This document shows, piece by piece, positions 1-12,000 of a stretch of 56,651 nt of DNA. This DNA is from Catajapyx aquilonaris. Taxonomy: Eukaryota. The notes beneath the pieces are model-generated. The model saw only the letters and a program-made list of their open reading frames with translations, searched no databases and was not told the origin of the DNA. The stretch lies in assembly GCA_000934665.2 (NCBI GenBank), contig KZ538644.1:1-56651 (forward strand), in the 5' to 3' direction. Positions within the stretch are counted from its first letter, which is position 1. Every line of letters starts with the position of its first letter. The translations under genes were made by a program, and so were the position numbers.

Positions 1-96
1 CCCCAATTTAGCGGCTTATATAACGGCTATAAATAACCGTTCTGACCAGTCGCGGTCGCAGTTTCGCCGTATTACCCGGGATGCTACACATCGACC

Positions 97-144
97 GACT
101 GCAGTCTGAGAGACCATGGGTTCATATGTGAAGCCAGAAATTGA
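97..144 (+). pseudogene. 3' fragment of a C-type lectin paralog (DCSLRDHGFICEARN*)
   Basis: Near-identical to the end of the lectin at about 2058-2099 and its 3' flank. Similarity stops abruptly at about 97; upstream there is no WDD motif and an in-frame TGA at 43-45. Confidence 0.7.
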
Positions 145-1429
145 TGTATGAAGTGATGAAGAAAAATATTGAATTTGGCAGAAAAATATGACATAACTGT
201 GTAATGAAGATCCATTAGTTATTAAATCAATTAATGAATAAACTGATTAGTTGACAGATAAACAGAGTTCAATTTTGTTGTCAACATTTCCATCCCCTTA
301 ACCCTTGTAAAATAGCAGACAACTTCATTGTACAGTATATTGACGTTAAATATATCTCACAGTAGGCCCTACCTATGCAATTAATACAAGCAGTGCTTCA
401 GTGAAGCACCAGTAGATGGCCACGTGGTCGACTTCTTAGCCAGCCATCGAGTTCACATTGATTGATTTTGGAGGTTCAATTACTGTTTCTACGATTAAAT
501 ATACTTTCGAATATCAAGAAATATTGCACAACCGGTTTCGACCTGCTCACTAATTATCAGTTCAGATTCATTTATAAATCATACTTCGTCAATATCATCT
601 AACCTTCGCCTTCGCAGATATAAAAAAAATGGAAACATGTCATTGTAGATTGGGTAATAAGGTTGTGAAAAGTACAGTTACATTTTGCTAGTTATCACAT
701 TGAAATGTGTTGTAGCATCTTCGGTGCTGCCCTTATGAAATAAGAGAAATAACACTTATCGGCTGATTATGATCACAAAGAGTAGAAAACTTCCTCCTGA
801 TAAATTCATCCTCAAGTGTTTACACTACTTGAAGGGAACAATCAACACCCGTAGTAATAAAGGCCAAAAATACGTAACCAGTAAATCGGCCAAATACGAT
901 ACGAAATATGTATGTTTTAAAGTACGTTCCAAAAAATGATGCGTTTACTGTATTCCTAATAATTCAGTCTTCGAGGGTACAAATAAATAAATTAATTAAT
1001 TAATTAATTAATTGATAATAAATAAATATTCATAATCATTTTCTTAATTAGATTTTCTGTGTAAAATTCAGTTGCGATTTTCTTTTAATTGTCATCACAT
1101 CCAGCATCATAAACAATAAGAGTGAGTTACATTTGTTAATGAGATAATTCACTATATTGACCTGGCTAATGAGTATCTTCTCCAGATTAATTTTGAAGGT
1201 TACGGTGCCCATTATCAGAATAAGTCAAATATTGCTTCATGCAATAATATAATTATTACCTCAAGTGTCGCTTTGAAATTCCAATCAGTGTGCGTCAGTT
1301 GATTTAAAGATAAGGAGCGCAGATCTTCCTGTTTTTTTTTTTTTGCACTTTGTCACACTTATCGCAAATTCCTCCAAGTATAAATTCATGCTCTCCTCCG
1401 ATGGAAGACACTTTCTGTCACCAGTCACC

Positions 1430-2099
1430 ATGGCCAAGTTCATCACTTCATTTCTGGCAGTCATCGCTGTAGCCTCTGTGGCATCTGCAGTGTCTGTTGC
1501 CCCTCGAAAATCTGCAGCACTCTCTGAGAGTAAGTTATAAAATAAATTTTTAGCATAATTTGTCCACCGAAAAATTGCCAACATTTTTTTTTACTATGTT
1601 CTTGTCAACTTTGTAATAATGTTAACAAATATTTCAGATGCGTGCAAGACCCCTTTCCAGAATATTGGTTCAGGATGCTACTACTTCGGTGGTGCTAACC
1701 TGAGGAAGAATTGGTGGCAATCTGCTGAGTACTGCAGGATCATCGGAGGAAACCTTCTCACCATAGAAGATCCAGTTGAAAACCAGGACATTCAGGACCA
1801 CCTGTTGAGAAGTAAGTTGTTTCATATACCAGTGCATAGAAGCATATTCTCACCTTTCAATTTTTGTTGCAGATTTCCCTAAGGGTAATTTCTACGCTGG
1901 TGGTTACGACCTTGGCCACGAAGGAACCTGGTATTGGCAGGCAACGTTGAAACCATTTGAATTCACGGACTGGATGCCTCCTCAGCCGGACAACCAAGGA
2001 GGACACCAAAACTGCTTGACTTTGGACTCAGTGTATGCCTTTCACTGGGACGATAAGGACTGCAGTCTGATAGACCATGGGTTCATATGTGAAGCCTAA
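1430..2099 (+). CDS. Secreted C-type lectin (perlucin-like, QPD/WDD motifs); exons 1430-1529, 1638-1811, 1873-2099
   Basis: Signal peptide MAKFITSFLAVIAVASVASA. CTLD features: C..F....GCYYF, W..S..YC...GG.LLTIE, EGTWYW, W.PPQPDN, QNC, WDDKDC...FICE. GT-AG phase-1 introns keep the frame. TATAAA at 1379. Confidence 0.93.
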
Positions 2100-3277
2100 A
2101 ATCGATGTATGAAGTACTGGAAATTTTTTGGTGTAACATACTGTAACTGTGACATAAAGATTCATAAGTGCTGAAAGAAACATTATATTACATCACTTTA
2201 CACCAGGACTCATCACAGAACTATTATGATCACTGTCGAAATGTAATAATTTTTGGATGCTCATATTTGTTGAGCACATACGTACGTATGTTATTACGTA
2301 GGGTGAAAATATAATCGCAACGAGTTACATGGCATAACATGATTAAGTGCAATTACACACTCTGCTCATACTTTGGATTAACCCTTGCTAAATATCAAAG
2401 TACTGCACTGCACGCTACTGTACAGTGCGTACCTATGCAATTAATACAGGCAGCACTTCAGTACAGCACCAGTAGATGGCCAAATGGTCGACTCCGAGCC
2501 AGTCATGGGGTTCACATTGATTGATTTTGGATAATGACATATATGAACCCTCCCATTAAACGTTCATCATCAAGCCTATAATGTGGATCTAACAAGTAGT
2601 CTAAGTAGAGCTACTTTATTAATTAAATTGCATATTACAAGTAATTACACATCCAGGAGTGACGCGTCAAATGAAAGACCCCCGAGAAAACCGGCACGAA
2701 CACATTTTGGGTGAGACATAGATGTTGGTCTTAAACAGAACAATTACATACAGTTATTTAAATATTAGGTGCATAATAATATTATGTATATTAGTCATAG
2801 TTCGGATGTATGTCGCACTGAAGGCTACTGTATACTGATAAGTATTAATGTACCGAGAGAGCTGTTGCATATTTCATTGAGCCTAAAAGAAACACTGGCA
2901 CAGATACATGAAGATACCATCAGGAAAGTCCTTTGTCAGAATGATGTCTGGCAACAAGCAACTCGTCAGGAGCACAAAACATCACATAAAACACGAAGCA
3001 ATTTTCTTGTTTCATTTAACAGAACATTTAAATCGCAATGAATAATCTCTTACGTCTGTGTTTAAAAGATGACGTTCACATAACTCTATTTCCATCTCAA
3101 TACTTTTTTTCTATTATGAACATTTAGTGCATGCAATATGTGCTTTAACTTCATGTAATACTATTGTTTCAGCATTGTCTTGCAATTCTTTTAGATGCTA
3201 TATAATAACTTATTAGCCTATTGTTACTGGATTCAACAAGTGCGATAAAGATTTAAGTCGCGAGCACATTTCCAAGT

Positions 3278-3974
3278 ATGTTGGTCCGCTTAACACTCTT
3301 CTCTTTGCTGGTCATCTACGCTTCTGTTGAACTCATTGGTAAGGCTCAGAAAGTGATTATGCAATATCGCAATTATTTGTTCTTGATTGGCCTGAAAATT
3401 CTGTTCAAATATTGTTTATTGTCCAATGTTTACTGATTACGGATCTTTCAAATCGATTTAAATTTAAATAGGAATTCATATTGGTATTAATAAATAACCT
3501 AGACATTTTTGAATGTTTCAGAGGCTGATGATTGCGGTGCTGTCAGTTGTTCAGAACCATCCGCAAGTGAAACTAAGGGATTGCAATGCAAAAAAGTGTT
3601 CAAAGCAGGCGTTTGTTGTCCAACATTCGACTGTGTTGGTAAGCATACATTTCACTATTCAGTAGGTACAGGGTGATTTTTCAATAATTATTTCAGAGGT
3701 GAGACAAGCCAAACAAGTTGTGAAGGACCACTGTGCAGATGCAGTGTGTCCACCGCCTGCAAACAGTGCTTGTAAAAAAATAGTGTTCCCAGGATCATGC
3801 TGTCCTCAATGGAAATGCTCCAGTAAGTACCTGTCTATTTTGGAAAAAATTATTATAGACAAATTATTGTCACAAGCATTATTCATTACAGCACAAGAGT
3901 CGGAGCATTACAGCACAGCAGGAGAGTACATGTACATTAGAGGACAGAAGGCTCCAGCTCCAGAGGAAAAATAA
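3278..3974 (+). CDS. Small secreted Cys-rich protein (128 aa) with two 6-Cys modules resembling a partial VWC domain; exons 3278-3338, 3522-3638, 3697-3822, 3892-3974
   Basis: Signal peptide MLVRLTLFSLLVIYASVELIEA. Modules CGAVSC..CKKVFKAGVCCPTFDC and CADAVC..CKKIVFPGSCCPQWKC. Canonical splice sites give a 387-nt ORF. AATAAA near 4059. Confidence 0.85.
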
Positions 3975-5849
3975 ATTTAGAAACATGTACATTTTATGTA
4001 ATAGTCGCATTTTTATATAGAAATCATAGAATGTCATTACTTTCATACAAGATGTCTAAATAAATATTCATTTTTTTTCTTCTTCATTAATTTCGCCCCT
4101 GACTCTCTCTATATACCATCCTGAACTATCGATCTTTCCTTACATAACTAGATCATCATCTTTTGTTATAAAAGCAAGGAATTCCTCTAGAAATGATTGG
4201 CACTTTAATTGGACCAAGTCTACAGAGAATTCCTATATAGAAACTCCACTTCATTATCCTACGACAGGTAAACAAGCTGTTTATTCCGCTCAAAAATAGA
4301 TCAGCTCTGAGAATTCCATTAAGAGTGGTGCATATTATTTTTTGGGGCTTATTACTGATCAATGTCCAATTGGTTTTAAATCCTCCTGAAATCACACATT
4401 TCAATGTTTGCACACATCGTTTGAAAATCCAACCAAACGGTGTGTTCGCCATATTAAACCATTCCCTTCAGGCCATATAAATTGGGATGCGTCAATAGAG
4501 AAGGGTGAACGCTTTGGCACCAATGAACCTACCCTCGGCCTGTCGGCATGAATATTGTGGCCTTCAACTTGTTTAGTAAACCAAAGTAGCCAGTGGCAGA
4601 GCAGCATAGCCAAGCCAGCAGGAAGTACTCACTCAGTTGCTGGGGAAGCTGCCAACAGGCAGCACATACAGTTCTATCATTTTAGTAGTGTTTAGTTACC
4701 AACCAGTGGATAGGCTTCCCACAAGGAAGCCATATACTGTCCGAATGGACACCCAGGTAAGCCGTTTGCCATTTCATTTAAAAGTACATAGCAACAGCGT
4801 ATGTAGTCCCTCACTACATAAGCAACGTACGCAAATGACATAAAAAAGTATTCAATTTGCGCAACCCAAATCGAAGGTTATCAGCCGGAACTGTTCCTAA
4901 CTGTTGTCCTTGTCAATTGACGTCCGAATCAGTAGCGTCCTTCATGACTCCAGATAAATCACTGTGTATGTACATGGCTGTAATTCAGCATAAAACGTGA
5001 AGTGTCCCTATGTGGTTACTGGATTCACTCCCATCTGAGACGACACCCTGAGAGATCCAACTCCTGGCAAGTTCCAATATTTTTTTTGAAAAAAAATATA
5101 TATTTGAACTTTCCAGGAGTTTTTGAAGAAAAAAAAAGCATTAGAAGAAGAAGAAAAAACATTAAGCAATAAAATCATTACTACCATTGTTCGACTTGAA
5201 GGGCGTCCAGGCCATAAAACGCGGTCATTACGAGAAAACCTTGACAAAGCCGTGTACATGAAATCGCGTGTACTTGGATGCGCATATGAATGCTCTGTAC
5301 ATCATTCTGCTGACATGTAGCATAATGATGCCGAGTCATCTTCCTAGGACAGGATGTCTTGCATATTATTATTCATGTGTATGATGTCAGCCAACAACCG
5401 CGCGCATAAAGAAAATATTATATGGCAAGGCCACCGCAAACATGTTTGTATATATGCAATTAATAGGTGCGATATTGCTCTATTTTCCGCCGGGGCCAGG
5501 TTCAAAAATTAATTAATTAGTAACCATCAACATGACAGGCTCGTGACGTTTCGGCCGCTTGTTCATTAGCGTAACGCCACGGGACAAATTGAGTCTGCTT
5601 ACAGGTGAGCTGATATTATACGAGCCAATCACAACGAAAGGATGAAATATGCACGTCCTGTAGACTTATCCGGATATGAAAGTGTATTATAATTTATTAT
5701 TAAATGTAAAAATTATCTTAAATTTAAAATATATCAAAAGTTATTAAATACCATTATTAATAATTAGCAATAATGAATTTATTTTCATTTTCAATGTAGA
5801 TGACAATTTATATAGCATTTTGACACCTTATCATGACATTATGTAGTAT

Positions 5850-6140
5850 AAAATTATTTTACAAAAAAATTATTTATTTTTATAAAAAATAGTTTTTACC
5901 GAAATTATTTATTTGTACAAAAATAGTTTTTACCGAAATTATTTATTTGTACAAAAATAATTTTTACCGAAATTATTTACAGTATTTGTACAAAAATTAT
6001 TTGTTATTATTTGTACAAAAATTATCTGTTATTATTTGTACAAAAATTATTTGTTATCTGTACAAAAATTATTTGTTATTTGTACAAAAATTATGCTATT
6101 TGTACAAAAATTATTTGTTATTTGTACAAACATTATTTCC
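5850..6140. repeat. AT-rich minisatellite, unit about 22-26 bp (TTATTTGTACAAAAATTATTTG)
   Basis: Directly visible tandem copies; these generate the spurious repetitive ORFs at 5947-6297. Confidence 0.9.
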
Positions 6141-7337
6141 TAGCGTTGCAAACTATCATTACAAATTATTTGCACTACATAAGGATGCATCAGTTCGAAC
6201 TAGTAAGCTAATAATTTTTAAATTTTGCAAGTTGCTGGTTCAAAGCAGTTTAATTTTAAAAAAGATTGCTAACCAATTTAGCTGGAACTGTATTTAACAT
6301 ATGTCGAGCACTTAATCGGGTGTATGAAAAAAGTCAATCATTTCTTGAACACTACTCTCTAGTTCCCAAGCGTGTTCCTAGCGCATAAAAGGCACTGGAA
6401 AAATGGTCGTATTGTAAGGGAAAAGGTTGAATGATTGATAAAGCAGCGGAAATTGCACTTCGGATGAAATATAAGCTCTCGAGACTCTGAGACTGTAAAA
6501 AAGGAAAGGAAAATCAATGCTAATCTGACCTACGAGAAAAAGTCTTCTAACATTTCATCCTTTATGCCATTCACAAAATCTTAAGCTGCCATTAGTCTCC
6601 GCCTAGCCAATCAAGATCCTTTAAAGAAGTTTTGAAACTCTGAAAAATGATTCAGCTATCAGAATATCGTCGCTTTTACACAATCTCTATTACTATTAGT
6701 GAACCAGTTGCCGAAATTTGGCAGCACTGCCCATCCCCATTCCTACTTGGACGCAGTAGTATATGCCATAACCATACTCTCTTAACACTATTCCCACCAC
6801 GTGGTAACGACAGTACATGCACCTAGGTAATGACGACCATGATAATACTGTAAGCCCTATACGATACAGGAGGAGGAGGATATAAAAGATCTCATACTTC
6901 CCGCCGTCATAGTGGGTCGGGAGATGGCTCGTTGGAAAGCTCTCGTGGACAATTGGGAACCGAAAGATCCTAATAATATCAAATTTCCCCGCTGTTTTCA
7001 AGCTACGTCCAATATAAGCTTTCGCTCCTTATCACCTTGGCCCGCTCTCCGAACCACGCGGATCCTCCGCCAGACAAGCGCCACCATCGCCTCAGCCATC
7101 CACTAGCTCCTCCGCCACCCATCTGCTTCAGCCGCACCACTTGCTGTAAAATATGTTTTCAATGGTATTCGTACAGTACTTCTCACTGCTACGGATGGCG
7201 TCGCTACCTTCGCTCCAGTGATACCAATCCCGAATGTAGTACCAACTGGCGGGGATGTCAAGTGGGCAAAGGGGGCGAAGCCCAATATGGGGGAGGGGGT
7301 GGGACGAAGCCCCACTGCCGAGCGTAGCGAGTATTAC

Positions 7338-7695
7338 CAGGGAGCATATAGGCTACTACATAAGAGGCGCAAACTTCTGTCGGCGCCTTTGATGTTCGGG
7401 TCTCACTGTTTGGGGCCGTTGCCAAGGCTAGCGGCCATCTTGAAGCGTGGGGAACGCCAACGATAGGGTACAGGCAAAAATAGGGTCCGCCATCTTTGAT
7501 GGTTTTGGCGGCCATGGCAACTACACGGCAAGAACACACGCGAATCAAAGATGGGGACCCTATTTTTGCCTGTACCCTATTTATACCTCGTTGGCGTTCC
7601 CCACACTTCAAGATGGCCTCCAGCCTTGGCAACGCCCCAAACAGAGAGACACGAAAATCGAATGTCTGCGCCTCTCATGTAGTATATGCTCTCTG
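7338..7695. mobile_element. Foldback MITE with long TIRs and 7-bp TSD GTATTAC (P/Galileo-like)
   Basis: 7338-7500 is an imperfect reverse complement of 7544-7695, with ends CAGGGAGC and GCTCTCTG. GTATTAC occurs at 7331-7337 and 7696-7702. Confidence 0.85.
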
Positions 7696-9409
7696 GTATT
7701 ACTATAAAAGGCACATTTTGTATACTCTATGTTTCAGGTTCATGTTATAGGTGTAGGTTATGAATTTTCCATCCAAAAAAATATTTCCCATATGGGCATC
7801 CTCTATGGGCCATCATATCTCCATAACCCTCTCCAAATTGCTCTCTTCGCATCCTGTAACCCCATACAATGCCCAACTCCTGATCGAAACCTGGTTTTTA
7901 TGAAAAAAGATGCTCTGACCCGGGGCAAGCTATATGACCCAACCCCTCCCCATTCTGGTCTCCTAGCAACACCCGCTGGAAGGATAGTAGGTGGGGAGTA
8001 TGGTCGGGGGGTGGAGGAGAGACAGAATCCATTGGTTCCCATAGGTTGAAGTGAGCATGCGCTGTTTGAGGGAGGACAAAAAAAAACCGGGTTTTGGCAG
8101 GGTATTTTTGGGTGGTGGGAGGCTGGGGGGTATACCTTCAAAGTCTCATTCAACAGGTCGAGCACAGTGCGGTAGGAAGGGTTACTGAACCGAGTTGTGG
8201 GGGGTCAGAGTTTGACCTGGGAGTGACCTTTCAGGGTTCGGGGGTGACCTCCAGGATAACTGCAAATATCTGGTGAGTTTTGAGCCTATATGCAGTTGAT
8301 GGTCACAATCACATACGTTGTGGTTACATTTGTACGCACCAAATCACCAATATGTAAATTTTATATGGCGAATATACGCAAATTATTGCAGATTTTCTCA
8401 TTAGTGTTCAGGTTCGCACCTTTCTAATATTCACAATAAATTTTTTTTGCAAATATTACACATAATAATGTAGTTTTGATCACATGTGTTGACACAACAA
8501 AAAAAGTCGAGCACTATTAATATGCAACAACACTATACATGTGTTGTCTATTCATGCTAATTAGCGTTTACAATTATGCCCAAGCACATACACGATGTCA
8601 GCTTATTAAAACAGCTGGGAGGGGTGGAAGCTTGATTAATTAATCATTTAATCCATTGACTTAGCCCATAATGAATGCCAACTGATAACAATGAGGTTTG
8701 GTATATAGTGATTGGTTGATCAAATAACAGCGGTTATTAAATAATTAAAAAAGCAGCAGGAAACAATGAAATCGGTGAGCAGGAAAAGGGTTTTCCAAAT
8801 CGAATCGCGCTTATCCCAATCGCATTGTCTTATTTGCTACGAACCTATAAATGGGAGGATATCGATCAACAAAATCGCTTTTATTATGTCGAGTACTACA
8901 AAAATTGTATAGTAAAGGACAAGACGCCACTATTGTTGACCTTCCAAAAGCTGTCTCTGAATTATTTAAAAGCGGCACTATAGAGGACATGTGTGAATAA
9001 TAGATCAGCCTGTGCTATTTTCGGTGTTCGGATCGTTCAATTTTTAAACTTCTCAAGTGCATTTTAATCGAATTGTAATTAAACCATGCCTTAAGCCTCA
9101 TTCACAAAAATAGCTTCTTCTCCGCAACTTGTTTTACATTTAAATGTTATAATTTGTATTTAAAGCGGTGCTAAATTGAACGTTCTAATACGCATAAATT
9201 TATAGCGCAATTAATTTAATATCTAATGTCATAATACAGCATTGTGTTGTATTAACAAATGTAACATTACATCACTTTAATATAATAATATTATGTAATT
9301 GCTATAAACATACAATACCACTAATATTAATAAAATGTGATGACCATCAAATATACAAATTTTATGAATATTAAATAGGCTACGGTATGTGCAAATGTAT
9401 TAAAATACT

Positions 9410-9410
<1 letters not shown>

Positions 9411-9447
<37 letters not shown>
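9411..9447. repeat. (ATT)n microsatellite
   Basis: Pure trinucleotide run. Confidence 0.95.
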
Positions 9448-9449
<2 letters not shown>

Positions 9450-9780
9450 AATACTGTATAGCAATTCAGCTGCTGATGTAACGATATAACACATTATATC
9501 GAAAATATTATAAACATAAAATAATATCATATTGTAATTATTAGAAAGATAATTTATATAATAATTGAATGTTTCATTGATACTTATTATATAATAATTA
9601 ACTTAATATATTTATTTATTTTACCCCACGCTAAACCAACATGGCTCTTTAGGAGGAATATAATAATTAATATAAAAATAAGTTACAATTAATGCAACGT
9701 TATTAATATCATATTCTTTATAATATACAGTATAATTAATACAACAAATGTAATATGATTAATTCGTATAGCTTTGGTAA

Positions 9781-9781
<1 letters not shown>

Positions 9782-9842
<61 letters not shown>
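9782..9842. repeat. (ATT)n microsatellite
   Basis: Pure trinucleotide run; source of the poly-L and poly-N ORFs. Confidence 0.95.
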
Positions 9843-9843
<1 letters not shown>

Positions 9844-10399
9844 GTTGTAATTTGAATATTTTAATTATCAACATTCCCAGCGATATTAAAAAGCGTCTCA
9901 TAACCATTTCGCCAAAAGCCTCTCATAAAATGCGATATGGGGACCCTGGGAATGTCCAATTCCATGAACTTCCGGCCACCGCGAGCGCTCTTTGTTGTTC
10001 GGTATGGAAATGAGTTTGGCTGAATCCGTTTCGTTTCACTCCGGAGGCCTGGTGCCGACAACATCTAAACGGGTCCCCAGTTGACAAATCGATTCCGACT
10101 TTGAAAAAAACTACTTTGTCGTCGCAACATTTTCACCAGTTTCGTTTTATCGTTGCAAAACTGGCAACACCGCTCAGTTTAATCTCCGTCTAATCCTACT
10201 GTTTAAAAATTGCGCGTTAGATGTTTTTTTCCGGTTTGAAATTTAACGCCGAATTTTTCATACTGTTTTTTTAAAGCACCATGGTTTTAAAATTCTGAAC
10301 AGTAGTGCAAAGTCGGTTCGCCTTAATCAGCCCCATCAACCTGCGGTGATTGATCGATTGCCGATAGTACCAGAGCCCTCGTCTGATTACATCTTTTGC

Positions 10400-10700
10400 A
10401 GGGATACAATGTTGGACTGATAATAACCAGTAACTAGATACGCCTGTTAGAGGGACTGTTCCACCAAACTTCGCATAATGTGGTCAGAAATGGGCAGTGT
10501 TGCCGGTTCTAAGCGTATTCAGAGACGTCTACTTAAACACCCTGTTTAAGATCAGTGTTCCAGCTAAACCTGCGATATCAGGAAGTGTGTCTTGGGTGTC
10601 TGCCCTTAATAATGATCATTATTTTGGGCTCACCGGATCATTGTCCAATTTGCACGTTTCACCTGTCTCGTCTAGTTAAAATTGACGCGACTCTGTCGAC
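10400..10700 (-). mobile_element. Possible degenerate pogo/Tigger-type transposase relic
   Basis: Broken minus frames read FN/LDETG ... KIMIIIKG ... GGTVPLTGVSSYW, resembling the N.DETG region of DDE_1 transposases. Multiple stops and frameshifts. Confidence 0.25.
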
Positions 10701-11419
10701 AGCAGTTGATCGATACATTCCCCCTAGACTCGATTTATAGGCGACGCACTTAACCAATATGAATGGAAAAGGAAGCCCCGGCTATAACCATTGTTACAAA
10801 TCCGCTTTGAGCTTTTCCCATAATTGTTTATTCAAATTTTGTGGCTGGTTGCGACATTGCAATTCACACGGTATTCAAAGAAAACTGTCATAACACAGGC
10901 TGGCAACACCGCATTTGTGGCGGATCCAGCCTACGACACTTCCACCTCTCTAGGAGTCTAGGTTGTAGGTTCACCCTAGGGGTGTCGAAATGGCGTCTCT
11001 AATGAAGGAAGTTCCTCCATCCTACTGGATGCACGTTCTCCGGCTGATTCCGGCGACGTGTATTGATTATTTCCCAGGGTAGAGCTAGAGAGAGCTAGAG
11101 AGAGAGAGAGAGAGAGCAACGCACATATTTCGGTAGCGCTGCGGGGGTTCCGCTGGGCACAGCAGGGTGGTAGGGGGTGGGGTGGGAGACCCATGATTCC
11201 CACTCATTGCTGCACAGCATCAATGATAAGGTCGCGACACTTGACCCCTACAATTACCAGACAAAAAGTTCTCGGTACAGTTCTTACACTCTTCTGCAGA
11301 GAGCTGGTGGATTCACTCAAGTATAGTAGTTCAGCTGTAAATGGACGTGTAGCCTAATAATATTAGAGGCTATAATATTCATAACTGCTAAATTGTGGCC
11401 TAACATTAGCAGATAATAT

Positions 11420-12000
11420 ATTAGATATTGATTCGACATTAGATAATAATTATATTAGTCTAATATATAGGCCTATCTAATGTCGAATTAATATCTTAAT
11501 TAATATATATTATGTTATATCAGGGCGAATTAATATAATTATATATTATCTAATATGTTACACCATAACGAATTAATATCTATTATCTAATATGTTACAC
11601 CATAACGAATTAATATCTATTATCTAATATGTTACACCATGGCCAATTAATATCTAATATATTAATTCGCCATGAAATCAGATTAAATATTAATTCGACA
11701 TGAAATAATGGATTAGATATTAATTCGACATGAAATAATGTATTAGATATTAATTTGCCATGATATCAGATTAAATATTAATTCGACATGAAATACTGTA
11801 TTAGATATTAATTCGCCATGAAATACTGTATTAGATATTAATTCGCCGTGATATCAGATTAAATATTAATTCGCCAGGAAATACTGTATTAGATATTAAT
11901 TCGCCACGATATCAGATTAAATATTAATTCGACATGAAATAATGGGTTAGATATTAATTCGATATTAGGTAATTAGTCCACCGGTATATTAGATATTAAT
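11420..12000. repeat. AT-rich composite minisatellite with GATATTAATTCG cores in two opposite orientations
   Basis: 37-bp units with GAATTAATATC at about 11530-11650, then 28-31-bp units with GATATTAATTC at about 11660-11965. Confidence 0.85.

Noticed and set aside
5947..6297. Repetitive ORFs (YLYKNYL...)
   Set aside because: Translation of a minisatellite; no splice or codon support.
6696..8276. Cluster of overlapping ORFs in a GC-rich island
   Set aside because: No recognisable domain; partly explained by the palindromic MITE and adjacent repeat sequence.
9327..10013. Poly-I, poly-N and poly-L ORFs
   Set aside because: Products of (ATT)n microsatellites.
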